Positions 19,972 through 29,981 of a stretch of 64,000 bases of DNA are shown piece after piece. How positions within the stretch are numbered: the first letter of the stretch is position 1; each line of letters begins with the position of its first letter. The translations under genes were made by a program, and so were the position numbers. Below the pieces are notes generated by a model. That model searched no databases. It saw nothing but the letters and a program-made list of their open reading frames with translations, and was not told where the DNA came from. Origin of the DNA: Patescibacteria group bacterium (GTDB lineage: Bacteria; Patescibacteriota; Patescibacteriia; Magasanikbacterales; UBA922); the NCBI GenBank assembly GCA_041658785.1, contig JBAZZL010000003.1, positions 639-64,638 of the forward strand. The letters run 5' to 3'.

Positions 19972-20005
19972 AACGGGAATAGTATATCATAAAGAAATTA
20001 TACAA

Positions 20006-20041
20006 CAAAAATCCTCCCGAGCTTTCTCCGGAGGATTTTTT
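20006..20041. terminator. Intrinsic terminator after the DUF5667 gene
   Basis: AAAAATCCTCC..GGAGGATTTTT. Confidence 0.65.
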
Positions 20042-20103
20042 AAATTAAAATTTAACCTGAATTTTTATTTTTGTTTCACCACATATTTTTTGTTTTGATT
20101 AAT

Positions 20104-20136
20104 TCCCCGTTTGTCATTCCGGAATGACAAACGGGA
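20104..20136. repeat. GTCATTCCGGAATGAC palindrome family
   Basis: Also at 27236-27255 and a half site at 42882-42899. Confidence 0.65.
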
Positions 20137-20145
20137 AGCATACAA

Positions 20146-23100
20146 TTACCTAATGCCATAACCTTCCTCCGCCGCGGCCGCGCCAATGTTAAAGAATCTG
20201 AAAATCGGCACAAACTGTTCTATGAGCCCCCGCGCAATCCTGACATCAAGCAGTAAAGATGTGTTTGGCGCGGGCGAATTGCCGCCGCCGGCCGGCGTCG
20301 TCGGCTGGGGCGCTGGTGAGAAACTGTTCATCGGTTGGGGTTGAAAATCCGGTTTAACTGATGGCTGTTGAACCGGCGCGGGCTGATTGCTTTCAAACTG
20401 CCGCGGTTCCGATGCACCAAAACCTCCGTTCGGCTGGCTCATCGGCTGCATAATCGGCGTCCGGTGAGTCGGCTCGCTTATCGGCATGCGGTTGGCCGGT
20501 TCTGTCATTTTTCTTTGTTCCATCATCGGCTGGAAATTTTGCGGTTGGTTCGGCGCCGCGCCTCCGCTTTCTCCTGAACCGACGAAATCCGGTTTTTGTC
20601 CCTCAAATCTGTCGCTGGAAAAATCTTGGCCGCGAAAATCTTCCCGCTTAAAGGTGTCAACTTGCCCGCCATCTATCATCGGCCGTTCATTCATCCTCGG
20701 TTCAACTGCCGGCTGACGGTAGTTATTCTGTCCTTCGCCACTCGGCAAAGACGGCTCCTGCGGGATCATCTTTTGCGCCTGGCCATCCATTTGTTGGCGC
20801 GCTTGCTCTTCCAAAAACCGCTCCGTCTCTCGCGTAGTGTCATAATATTTTTGCATCTCTCCGTTTTTCTGCCGCTCTATGTCTAACTGTTTGGTAAACT
20901 GTCCTCTTTCTTCTTGCTGGCACCGTTCATCGCAAAATGGATTCAGTTGCACGTTCTTTTCAAAAATCTCCCCCCGTCGTTCCAAATCCTTTTGCCTAAA
21001 GTCAATCTGTTTTTGCTGGTATTCCTGTTCAACCGTCTTCCGCTCTTCTTCACTTTTTACTTCGGAAAATTTTGCCTTAAACTCTTGGTCAAATTTTTGC
21101 CGCTCTTCCTCGCTCTTCCGTCTGATTTGCTTGTCTTGCATAACATCGCGCTTCTCGGCGAACATCTGACCAAAGCCGCCTTGCCGGTTGGTTATCTCCT
21201 GCAAAATTTCCGGCGGAGTAAAACGTAGTTTGTCCTGAAATTGCGCGAACGCTTCCGGGTTCTCCATGCTGTTTAAATTTTTTACCATCATCTCGGTCTG
21301 TTTGCCAATCGCTTGATCAAAGAATTGCCCAAATCCGGGCGGGGCAAATCCCCCGGCCGTGAACGGTGGCGGGCTTGTCTCGCCGAATTGAGGCGGACCA
21401 AACCCTTCCGGCCCAACGCCCGGCGGCATGCTTTCGTTGCCGAACGGCGGTGGACCCGCCTCGCCGAACGGCGGCGGGCCAAAGAAATCATTTGGGTTCT
21501 CGGTAAATTGAGCTTGAAGTTCCTTTAAGACTTTCACGTCATCGGGATTGGTGGAAGCGATTCGTTCAAAAAATTTATCTTTCTCCTTCGCCGCCCGCTC
21601 AACGAACTGCTGTTTTGCTTCCCGCTGCATTTTTTCTATAAACTCCTTCTTACTTGGATCAAGCGCCGCCTCTTTCTCCAAATCCGCGAGCAGACGAAAG
21701 GTGGTCGGATCAGGATTAGCCGCCATCTTTTTGGACAACTCCTCAAATTTGTTCGCCATTTCTTGCGACCCGAGATCGGTAAAGGTCTCTCTGAATTTGC
21801 CAACGGCTTCTTTTTGCCGTTCTTCAATTTCCATCTTTAAATCCTCGTCTTCTGTTTTCACCCGCTGGCGAATCTCTTCCAGCGCGCGCAGTTTGCTGAC
21901 ATCCGGTCCGCCTTCTTCAAATCGGCTGAACATCCGCTCTTTCATCCTCTGCCGAAAGCCTTCATCAAACGAGGATTCTTCCGCTTGTTCCAATTTATTT
22001 TGAAAACGCCGCGCCGCAATGTCTTTGGCCATTTCCGCTTTTTCCAACAGCTCCAGCGGCGCGTCTTCCAGCTGTTTTAATTTATCAAAAATTTCCAAAT
22101 GCCGCGTCTCGTCGCCGCCCATCCCTTCGGCGTAAAGTTCAAACTGCCCGCCGCGCTCCTCGTCCGGCATTTGCGCGAAATTTTTTTTAAATCTGTTCAA
22201 TGCGTTATCTTCCGCCTGCTCCAGCGCCGCCTTGGCTTCCTCCGGCGCCTGATCGGCTATCTGCTTTAAAATTTCTAAGTTTCTAATTTCTTTAAACTCG
22301 CTCCCGCGCTGATTCTCCATTATACGATCCAACCGTTCCACCATGTGGCCGCTGTTTTTTTCCACCGCGAAAAGCACCTCGCCAACCGCGCCGGCCGATT
22401 CGTCGCGCGCTTGCTGAATTTTTTCCAAAACATTCATCCCTCCCGCCGCCCCCTCTGCCTGTACAGCAACATGATTTTCAATTTTTTCCAAAATTTTCTG
22501 CTGTTTAATCTGTTTGTCCAAAATATTGTCCAGCAGTCGGTCAACCTGTTGATCACCCGCGGCCTTTTTTTCGCGGAGCCCCTCGGCTCCATTTTTAATT
22601 TTTTCTATCCGTCCTTCAAACCTTTCCACCGCGCCGGAAACCGCCTCAAACACTTTTTGATCCGGGCCTTTTATTTCCAGCAAACGGCTGGCGTCGGCCA
22701 ATTCCTGATTCGCGTTTTGCAATCTCACCTCCGCCTTTTTCACCGGATTAAATGTAACCGCTTCCCGCAGCGCCCGGCCGAATCTTTTGAAACCATAAAA
22801 CGGGCTGTCCGGCAAAATCCGGCTTTCGTTCGTTCCCAAATCTTCCGGCCGTACCGTCTCATCAATCACTGCCGCGGCGCTCGCCGTTTCCGGCGGTTCA
22901 ACTGGCGGTTCAGTCACTTCCATAACCTGCGGCTCTTCCGGAACAGGTTGTGGCTCACTAACCTCTGTCTCCTGCGGAGCCGGACCAGCCTGTGCGTCCA
23001 TCGCCGGCGTTTCAACCGCCGCCGGAACGGACGCGCTGTCTTCGGTCTGCGCCGACACCGGCTTCACAAATAAAAAAACAGCTATCAACAATGTGATACC

Positions 23101-23187
23101 TGCCAAAAGATACAAATAGATCAGTGTAAATTCGTTTTTTGCCGAATTAGAAAAGAGAATCTGCTTCTCTTCATTATTTTGTTGCAT
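20146..23187 (-). CDS. Large DUF5667-domain helical exported protein with Pro/Gln-rich tail
   Basis: ILPDSPFYGFKR..E.VTFNPVKKAE motif; N-terminal TM; GPPPFG repeats. Confidence 0.75.
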   Translation of the reverse strand: MQQNNEEKQILFSNSAKNEFTLIYLYLLAGITLLIAVFLFVKPVSAQTEDSASVPAAVETPAMDAQAGPAPQETEVSEPQPVPEEPQVMEVTEPPVEPPETASAAAVIDETVRPEDLGTNESRILPDSPFYGFKRFGRALREAVTFNPVKKAEVRLQNANQELADASRLLEIKGPDQKVFEAVSGAVERFEGRIEKIKNGAEGLREKKAAGDQQVDRLLDNILDKQIKQQKILEKIENHVAVQAEGAAGGMNVLEKIQQARDESAGAVGEVLFAVEKNSGHMVERLDRIMENQRGSEFKEIRNLEILKQIADQAPEEAKAALEQAEDNALNRFKKNFAQMPDEERGGQFELYAEGMGGDETRHLEIFDKLKQLEDAPLELLEKAEMAKDIAARRFQNKLEQAEESSFDEGFRQRMKERMFSRFEEGGPDVSKLRALEEIRQRVKTEDEDLKMEIEERQKEAVGKFRETFTDLGSQEMANKFEELSKKMAANPDPTTFRLLADLEKEAALDPSKKEFIEKMQREAKQQFVERAAKEKDKFFERIASTNPDDVKVLKELQAQFTENPNDFFGPPPFGEAGPPPFGNESMPPGVGPEGFGPPQFGETSPPPFTAGGFAPPGFGQFFDQAIGKQTEMMVKNLNSMENPEAFAQFQDKLRFTPPEILQEITNRQGGFGQMFAEKRDVMQDKQIRRKSEEERQKFDQEFKAKFSEVKSEEERKTVEQEYQQKQIDFRQKDLERRGEIFEKNVQLNPFCDERCQQEERGQFTKQLDIERQKNGEMQKYYDTTRETERFLEEQARQQMDGQAQKMIPQEPSLPSGEGQNNYRQPAVEPRMNERPMIDGGQVDTFKREDFRGQDFSSDRFEGQKPDFVGSGESGGAAPNQPQNFQPMMEQRKMTEPANRMPISEPTHRTPIMQPMSQPNGGFGASEPRQFESNQPAPVQQPSVKPDFQPQPMNSFSPAPQPTTPAGGGNSPAPNTSLLLDVRIARGLIEQFVPIFRFFNIGAAAAEEGYGIR

Positions 23188-23251
23188 ATTTTTTGTTTTT
23201 ATTTTTGTTTTATGAGGATATTATAGCAGAAAAAATGGGGTTTGTCAATTG

Positions 23252-23296
23252 GAAAAAACCAAAAAACCCCACCGGTGGGGGTTTTTTGGTTTTTCC
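23252..23296. terminator. Long hairpin terminator after HEPN/MNT
   Basis: AAAAAACCAAAAAACCCCCAC/GTGGGGGTTTTTTGGTTTTT. Confidence 0.65.
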
Positions 23297-23308
23297 GTCT
23301 TTAATCAT

Positions 23309-23641
23309 TTACAAAATCCTTATTCCGGTCTGTCTGATTTCATCAATCAACATGCTTCCCTCCTGAAAGTCTCTGGGGTGATAGCCGACCGGTTCAATAA
23401 CCGGTTGGTGGGGATCGCGGATCGGAGCCAAATAATTCCAAAGGTAACGTTTTGCTTTCCACGGATTATTAAATTTTGGCGAAACAATACAAACATCAAT
23501 GTCGCTCCATTTGTTCGCGTTTCCTTTGGCAAAAGAGCCAAAAATATACACCGACCTGATCGGTAATTTTTCTTCTCGAAGCCGGCCGACAAATTCTTCT
23601 ACTTCTTTTTTTATTTTTTTTGGTACTGTCTTTTTAGCCAT
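23309..23641 (-). CDS. Minimal nucleotidyltransferase (MNT antitoxin)
   Basis: IFGSFAKG..SDIDV motif. Confidence 0.88.
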   Translation of the reverse strand: MAKKTVPKKIKKEVEEFVGRLREEKLPIRSVYIFGSFAKGNANKWSDIDVCIVSPKFNNPWKAKRYLWNYLAPIRDPHQPVIEPVGYHPRDFQEGSMLIDEIRQTGIRIL

Positions 23642-24021
23642 AAATTATACGAGCGGCAAATTTTAAGCCACTTATTAGCATAGCTTTCCGTGCACCGCTT
23701 ATAAAAAGCGTATTTTTCATCTTCGTATCTTCCCGCGATATTGAAATCGGTAATCTCCCGAAAATCTCTCGTTTGTTTTTGGTTTAGCGCCAAATCCGCC
23801 AATGCCGCCAGTCGCGCCAAATCGTGAATGCGCGGCGGTAATTCTTTCGTCTTCAAAACCACGAGCCCCTTTAACAACTTTTCGATCGTGAGGTGAGCAA
23901 AAAATAAAGAGTCGCTATAGCGCCTGCCCTTGAAAAGATACAGCGCCGTATCCCAATTCCGGCTGGCAGAAAGGCGCCAATAGGAAATCTGTTTGCTAAT
24001 TTTCTGTGACGAAAGCTGCAT
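23611..24021 (-). CDS. HEPN domain protein
   Basis: EKLLKG, PRIHDLARL and GRY motifs; paired with MNT. Confidence 0.88.
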   Translation of the reverse strand: MQLSSQKISKQISYWRLSASRNWDTALYLFKGRRYSDSLFFAHLTIEKLLKGLVVLKTKELPPRIHDLARLAALADLALNQKQTRDFREITDFNIAGRYEDEKYAFYKRCTESYANKWLKICRSYNLWLKRQYQKK

Positions 24022-24079
24022 AACATCCTTAGTATACGAAATAATTTTAGCAAAGTCAACATTTTTTAGTTACCACCAA

Positions 24080-25222
24080 TCACGCCGATACATGAAAATA
24101 ACACACATCCCCATCCTTCACCTCATACTCTTTCCCCACCAACTGCAACACTCCTTTCTCCTTCGCGCCGGCCCAGCCGCCGCACGCGACAAAATCCGGC
24201 CACGGCACAACGTCGGCTTTGATATAACCCTTGATAAAATCCGTATGAATCACGCCCGCGGCCCCCGGCCCCTTGGTTCCCCATTTAACCGTCCACGCCC
24301 GCGTCTCCGGCTCGCCGGAAGTGAAGTAAGTAACTAAATCCAACAATTTATAACCGGCGACAATTATCTTATCCAACCCAGACTGCTCCAGCCCGCTCGC
24401 TTTCAGATACTCCCTCGCCTCCGCCGCCGTCAAATCCGCCAACTCCGCTTCCAACTTCGCCGAGATATTCACACCCACTTCGCTGTCTGTCAAAAAATTA
24501 GTTTCCTGCTTGTTTTCCCGCCAAAGCCCCGTAGCGAACGGGGTCCCGCTTCGTTGCGATGACGGGACCCCGCTCGCTGCGGGGCCAGTTTCTTCGCAGT
24601 TAAAAACATACATCATCGGCTTCATCGTCAAAAGATGCAAGTCCTTTATTGTCAGCGCTTCCTCATCGGTGTAATCCAACGAACGCGCCGACTTGCCCGA
24701 TTCCAAATGCGTGTTCAGTTTTTCCAACAATTCAATCTCCGCTTTGGTCTGTTTGTCAACGAGCCCCTTGGCCTTTTTTTTGGTATTCGCAAGGCGATTT
24801 TCCACTGTCTGCCAATCGGCCAAAACTAACTCCAAGTTGATCACTTCCGCGTCTTCTTTGGGATCAACTTTATTATGAACGTGCATCACGTTAGCATCTT
24901 CAAACGCACGCACGACTTGAACAATCGCGTCCACTTCTCTGATGTGCGAAAGAAATTTGTTGCCCAGCCCCTCGCCTTCCGAAGCGCCTTTGACTAAGCC
25001 GGCGATGTCAACAAATTTAATTGCCGTAGGGATTATTTTTTTTGATTTTGAAACATCGGCCAGTTTTTGCAGGCGTTCATCAGGAACTTCAACAATACCA
25101 ATGTTCGGTTCAATGGTGCAAAAAGGATAATTTTGCGCGTCGGCCTGCTTGCTGCGGGTGAGGGCGTTAAACAGGGTTGACTTGCCGACATTGGGGAGAC
25201 CGACGATTCCGAGGGAGAGCAT
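24080..25222 (-). CDS. ychF: Redox-regulated ATPase YchF
   Basis: [36 protein letters not shown]. Confidence 0.95.
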   Translation of the reverse strand: MLSLGIVGLPNVGKSTLFNALTRSKQADAQNYPFCTIEPNIGIVEVPDERLQKLADVSKSKKIIPTAIKFVDIAGLVKGASEGEGLGNKFLSHIREVDAIVQVVRAFEDANVMHVHNKVDPKEDAEVINLELVLADWQTVENRLANTKKKAKGLVDKQTKAEIELLEKLNTHLESGKSARSLDYTDEEALTIKDLHLLTMKPMMYVFNCEETGPAASGVPSSQRSGTPFATGLWRENKQETNFLTDSEVGVNISAKLEAELADLTAAEAREYLKASGLEQSGLDKIIVAGYKLLDLVTYFTSGEPETRAWTVKWGTKGPGAAGVIHTDFIKGYIKADVVPWPDFVACGGWAGAKEKGVLQLVGKEYEVKDGDVCYFHVSA

Positions 25223-25452
25223 ATCATGATGCACGATACACGTATCACGAGTCATACACGAATTGTCCAACTGATTTGTGATGTGTTTCTAGTGACTTGT
25301 GGCGTAGTTTGTGATGAGGACGCCATTATTATGAAGAAATGGGGATTAAAAGTCAACCGCGGGTGTCATTTTGTAAATATCATCTCGATTTATTTGAAAA
25401 ACTTTGACTCTCTCTTTCTTTTTAATTATAATTGAAGACGAAGGAGGTGCAC

Positions 25453-25545
25453 ATGTTTTGGAGACAGCTATCTTTCAATTTGGGAATAGTGCTCGCCCTT
25501 TCGTTGCTGGGAATCCTACTCGGCATGCTGATCGACAAGTGCTGA
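25453..25545 (+). CDS. 30-aa hydrophobic peptide MFWRQLSFNLGIVLALSLLGILLGMLIDKC
   Basis: TTGACT-17-TATAAT promoter (25404-25432), AAGGAGG SD, one TM helix, long 3' hairpin. Confidence 0.6.
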   Translation: MFWRQLSFNLGIVLALSLLGILLGMLIDKC

Positions 25546-25666
25546 TGTCCCCACCAGGCCAAAGGAGGTTCCCCACAAACCACCCGACGCCTGCCCCAAT
25601 TCTGAAACAGATTCAGGGTTGAGGTAGGAGTTTCGCCGGGTGGTTTTGTTGTTGGAGGCGGGGTTT

Positions 25667-25808
25667 GGGCGGTAATCCGACAACCCTACCTCTGTCTCCT
25701 TCCCTTATGAAAGGAAGGAGAACCTTTTAAGAAAGTTCAACTAAATTCAATTGTTAGCCCCTTTCCATTCATAAGGGAAAGGGGTTGGGGATAGGGTTGT
25801 CGCCAAAC
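25667..25808. repeat. Divergent copy of the two-armed palindromic element
   Basis: GCGGTAATCCG start; CTCCTTCC/GGAAGGAG and CCCCTTTCC/GGAAAGGGG arms; CGACAACCCTA/TAGGGTTGTCG closing stem. Confidence 0.6.
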
Positions 25809-25924
25809 ACCCACGCACCACATTGACTTTCCCCCCAAAATCAATTATCCTATAACAACATTATCCGCATCAATTCGCGTTCGCAACTCATAAACCCTTC
25901 ACCCTTAAACCCATAAATTCAATT

Positions 25925-27211
25925 ATGCAATATTCATCCAAAAAATTAGAAAAATCCCAAATAGAAATCACCATCACCGTCACTCCTGAAGAATGCCGTC
26001 CGCACCTGGAAAAGGCGGCCCAGAGAATTTCCGTGCGGACCGCGATTAAGGGTTTCCGGCCAGGGAAAGCGCCGTATGATATTGTCAAACGCGAGGCCGG
26101 CGAGATGGCGATTTTGCAAGAAGCGCTGGAGTCAATTATTCAAAAAACTTTCTTCCATGCGGCAATAACCGAGGAAAAACTAGAGACTATCGGCATGCCG
26201 AAGATTGACGTTGACAAAATAGCGCCGGGCAATGATCTCGTTTACCGAGCTGTTGTCGCCGTTTTGCCGCTTGTTAATTTGCCTGATCTCAAAAAAATCA
26301 AAGTGGAAAAAAAAGAAGCCAAAATTGATGCTAAAAAAGTTGAAGAAACCCTTGACGCCCTTCGCGGCATGCGCGCCAAAGAGGTGATAAAACAAGGTCC
26401 TGCCCAAGGAACGGACAAACTGACGATTGATATGGACATGTTGATTGATAATGTGCCGGTGGAAGGCGGCCAAGCAAAGAATTACCATGTTTACCTTGGA
26501 GAAAGTCATTACATTCCGGGATTCAACGAGCAAGTGAAAGGGATGAAAGAAGGAGAGGAAAGAGAATTTCAACTGGATTTTCCTGTTACTCATTACCAAA
26601 AACACCTAGCCGGCAGAAGAGTTAATTTTAAAGTAAAAGCCAAGGGCGTTTACGAGCGCCAGTTGCCAGAACTTGATGAAGAGTTTGCCAAAACGTTCGG
26701 TCAGGAGAACGTGGAAAAATTGCGCGCGCTGGTTAATAACAATCTTTTGCAAGAAGCCGAACAGAAAATCAAGCAACAAACCGAGATTGATATTTTGGAA
26801 CAGCTTATCGCGAATACTGAATTCGGCGATCTGCCGGAAGTCTTGATTGATTCCGAGCGGCAAAAAATGTTTTACGAACTCAAGCGCGATCTGGAGCGAA
26901 ACGGAGTTTCTATTGAACAATATTTGCAAGACATTAAAAAAGGAGAAAAAGAACTGTTTGAAGATTTCAAAAATCAAGCCGAAAAACGCGCCAAGGCCGC
27001 GCTGATTTCCCGCCAAGTCGCGAAAGAGCAAAATATTATTGTTTCAGACGAAGAATTAGATAAAGAAGTCGAGCTTATCCGGCAGGCCTATGCCAATGAT
27101 AAAGATACGCGAGAAAATTTGAAAAAACCTAAAGTGAGAGAATCTCTCGCGGTGACGGTGCAGAATCGGAAGATAATGGAGTATTTACGAGCGGCCATAT
27201 TGTCGTCCTGA
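25925..27211 (+). CDS. tig: Trigger factor
   Basis: KGFRPGKAP signature; FKBP domain YIPGFNEQ. Confidence 0.95.
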   Translation: MQYSSKKLEKSQIEITITVTPEECRPHLEKAAQRISVRTAIKGFRPGKAPYDIVKREAGEMAILQEALESIIQKTFFHAAITEEKLETIGMPKIDVDKIAPGNDLVYRAVVAVLPLVNLPDLKKIKVEKKEAKIDAKKVEETLDALRGMRAKEVIKQGPAQGTDKLTIDMDMLIDNVPVEGGQAKNYHVYLGESHYIPGFNEQVKGMKEGEEREFQLDFPVTHYQKHLAGRRVNFKVKAKGVYERQLPELDEEFAKTFGQENVEKLRALVNNNLLQEAEQKIKQQTEIDILEQLIANTEFGDLPEVLIDSERQKMFYELKRDLERNGVSIEQYLQDIKKGEKELFEDFKNQAEKRAKAALISRQVAKEQNIIVSDEELDKEVELIRQAYANDKDTRENLKKPKVRESLAVTVQNRKIMEYLRAAILSS

Positions 27212-27263
27212 ATCCCGATTCGCATCGGGATAACATTGTCATTCCGGAATGACAAAAAGATCT

Positions 27264-27485
27264 ATGTTCATCAAACTAAAAACCATTCCTCGCTCTTCCC
27301 GCGACCAAATAATCAAGCTCTCTGAAAACGAATACAAAGTAAAACTAACCGCGGCGCCAGTTGACGGAAAAGCGAACGATAGTCTAGTTGAATTGTTAAG
27401 CGAGGAGTGGAACATCCCAAAATCAAAAATAAAAATCGCCAAAGGCTTGGCGAGTAGAAAAAAGCTGGTTGAAATTTTAGATTAA
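27264..27485 (+). CDS. DUF167 (YggU) family protein
   Basis: APVDGKAN and G..SRKK motifs. Confidence 0.85.
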   Translation: MFIKLKTIPRSSRDQIIKLSENEYKVKLTAAPVDGKANDSLVELLSEEWNIPKSKIKIAKGLASRKKLVEILD

Positions 27486-27761
27486 CTATTCAGGCAAATC
27501 TATCCCGCCTCTGCTCCATGGATTACACCGCAAAACCCGCCAAATAATTTTAGGAATGCCAATAAGGATTCCTCTTTTTTTTATCACCTGGCTGGAGTAT
27601 TCACTGCAGGTTGGAAAATACTTGCAATAGCCGTGCGGGCGGACGCGCTTGGCCCAGAAACTATGATCTGGAGAGAGGATTTTTTGATACAATTTTATTA
27701 ATAAGACCATCAAGCGCCTTGGGAGAAGAAATGATTTTTTATAATTTTGTTTAATTTTCAT
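27486..27761 (-). CDS. yidD: Membrane protein insertion efficiency factor YidD
   Basis: CKYFPTCSEY, RCNPWSRGGID. Confidence 0.92.
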   Translation of the reverse strand: MKIKQNYKKSFLLPRRLMVLLIKLYQKILSPDHSFWAKRVRPHGYCKYFPTCSEYSSQVIKKRGILIGIPKIIWRVLRCNPWSRGGIDLPE

Positions 27762-28134
27762 ACAACAGCCTCGCTCTTTTAAACACCGTCATAATCGCTT
27801 TTTCTATCTCCGCATATTCACAATCTAAAATATCCGCTTTCGCCAACACCGCGATCATGTATCCGCTTTTTATTTTTTTTTCTTTCAGCAACAATCTCAC
27901 CACCTCGCGCATCCGCCGCTTTATCAGGTTCCTTTTTACCGCGCTTTTGCTGACTTTGATCCCAACCACAAATCCAATTTTTAGATCATCTTTTGGATAC
28001 TTTCGGCGAGGGTATTTTTTTGGATCTATTTTCCAAATTTTTATATTCAAAAAATCGCCGGCAATAAATCCGCCCTCCTTGAAAAGAATTTCAAAATCTT
28101 TCATTTTGCGGAGCCGGTATTGTTTCGGGAGCAT
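27751..28134 (-). CDS. rnpA: Ribonuclease P protein component
   Basis: KVSKSAVKRNLIKRRMRE. Confidence 0.92.
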   Translation of the reverse strand: MLPKQYRLRKMKDFEILFKEGGFIAGDFLNIKIWKIDPKKYPRRKYPKDDLKIGFVVGIKVSKSAVKRNLIKRRMREVVRLLLKEKKIKSGYMIAVLAKADILDCEYAEIEKAIMTVFKRARLLYEN

Positions 28135-28139
28135 ATTAG

Positions 28140-29645
28140 TTATTTTATAAGCAGTGAAGCGCTGGTCATTTCTTTTGGTTTTTGCAAGTCCATCAAATCA
28201 AGAATTGTCGGCGCTGTTTGATTAAGAAAGCCTGCTTTTGGCAGTTTAACACTTTGTTCGGTGATAACCAGCGGCACCCCATTGAATGTATGCGCGGTAT
28301 GAGGCTGGCCAGCATGATGCATGTATTCAATATTGCCGTGGTCTGCGGTAATAAAAACAGTATAGCCAAGCTCTGCTGCCATGGGGACAATTTGCGAGAG
28401 CGCGCGATCTACCGCCAGCACCGCTTTTATGCCCGCGGCCATCTCCCCGCTGTGTCCCACGATATCTCCATTGGCAATATTGCAAACCAAAAAATCAAAA
28501 GATTTAGTTTCTAGCGCGCGAATTAGGGATTTAGTAATTTCCGGCAAGCTCATTTCAGGCTGAGGCGCGTAGTTTTCCAATCCCAAAGAAGGAATGATGA
28601 TCCTGCTTTCATTGGCAAAAGTGAGTTCCCTGCCGCCATTAAAAAAATATGTAATATGAGCGTATTTTTCTGTTTCAGCGATGCGAAATTGCCTTAGCCC
28701 TTGCGAGTCCAACCGCTCCGGCAACGTGTTGTTTGGAATTTGTTTGGAAAATAATACTTGAACATCGGAGAAATCATCATGGTACTTAGCCATGCTCGCC
28801 AAAAAAAGATTTTGCGGCACCTCAATTGTCTGCTGAATTGCATGCGGCGCGCGCTTGGTAAATAGCCGCGCCATCTGGCGCATTCGATCAGCGCGAAAGT
28901 TGAAAAAGATTATCGCGTCGTTATTATTTACAGTGTGGTCAGAAAAATTCGCCGGTTGCATGAATTCGTCGGTTATTTTTTCCGCGTATCTTTTTTCGAT
29001 GTATTTTATCGGACTGTCTGATTGAATTTCATCATTTTTTAAAATAGCATTATATGCTGTTATTGTCCTTTCCCAATTTTCTGTTCTATCCATTCCAAGC
29101 GATCTGCCAATCAGGGTGCTGATAGCAACATTGTCCGGAAGTTTTTTTTGCAATGGCCGCAACAAGCCCAATGCGCTCATTGGAGGCATGTCGCGCCCAT
29201 CCAGATAGAGGTGCAACGCGGTTGAGCTCATTTTTTCTTTTTGCGTCCATTCAATCAGCGCGTTCAGGTGATTGATATGTGAATGTATACCCGCGTCGCT
29301 CAACATGCCAACAAGATGCAGGGCGCTGGCATATGTTTCAGTGTGCTGTTTTATTTTTTGGAGGATTTCATTATCAAAAAAAGTTCCATTTTCAATAGCT
29401 TTATCAATGGCAGCGGTCTGTTGCCACACCACTCGCCCGGCGCCAATGGCGGTGTGTCCGACTTCTGATCCGGAGAGGCAGCCGTTCGGCAAACCGACAG
29501 ATTCTTCTTTGCAGTGGAGATTTGAGTTTGGATAAATCTTCAGAAGATTGTTCCAGTATGGCGGATCAGCCTCGGCAATCGGGTTGTGTTCTTTTTTTGG
29601 ATTGATTCCCCAGCCATCAAGTATTAAAAGAAGAATTTTTTTCAT
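28140..29645 (-). CDS. gpmI: 2,3-bisphosphoglycerate-independent phosphoglycerate mutase
   Basis: LILDGWG, SEVGH, AETEKYAHITYFFNGG, TADHGN. Confidence 0.93.
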   Translation of the reverse strand: MKKILLLILDGWGINPKKEHNPIAEADPPYWNNLLKIYPNSNLHCKEESVGLPNGCLSGSEVGHTAIGAGRVVWQQTAAIDKAIENGTFFDNEILQKIKQHTETYASALHLVGMLSDAGIHSHINHLNALIEWTQKEKMSSTALHLYLDGRDMPPMSALGLLRPLQKKLPDNVAISTLIGRSLGMDRTENWERTITAYNAILKNDEIQSDSPIKYIEKRYAEKITDEFMQPANFSDHTVNNNDAIIFFNFRADRMRQMARLFTKRAPHAIQQTIEVPQNLFLASMAKYHDDFSDVQVLFSKQIPNNTLPERLDSQGLRQFRIAETEKYAHITYFFNGGRELTFANESRIIIPSLGLENYAPQPEMSLPEITKSLIRALETKSFDFLVCNIANGDIVGHSGEMAAGIKAVLAVDRALSQIVPMAAELGYTVFITADHGNIEYMHHAGQPHTAHTFNGVPLVITEQSVKLPKAGFLNQTAPTILDLMDLQKPKEMTSASLLIK

Positions 29646-29671
29646 AGACTAAAAGCATCGGAAAGGATTCT

Positions 29672-29899
29672 TTAAGCGGCCTCTGACAGAGCTTGTTTTT
29701 TTGTGGAAGTATCATCTCTAGTTTGTCCTGGTAATTTGATTTCTGTGAGAGGTATTTCTTTAAAACCCATTGGGTTGCCATGCAGGCCGCTGGGATTGGT
29801 ACGGGGAGCAAAAGAGTCTGCTTTGATTATTTTTTGATTTAATTTATCAGGATCTTTTGGGACAAGAATGTCTCCAAAAGGAACATTTTTTGATTCCAT
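29672..29899 (-). CDS. Small hypothetical protein
   Basis: 75-aa ORF from MESKNV fills the ahcY-gpmI gap. Confidence 0.35.
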   Translation of the reverse strand: MESKNVPFGDILVPKDPDKLNQKIIKADSFAPRTNPSGLHGNPMGFKEIPLTEIKLPGQTRDDTSTKKQALSEAA

Positions 29900-29981
29900 A
29901 TAAAATAATATTAATCCGTCTCCGTCTCTGTCCGCCGAGTTGGCGGACTGCGCCGGATAGGTTTTTGGTTTAATCCCAATT

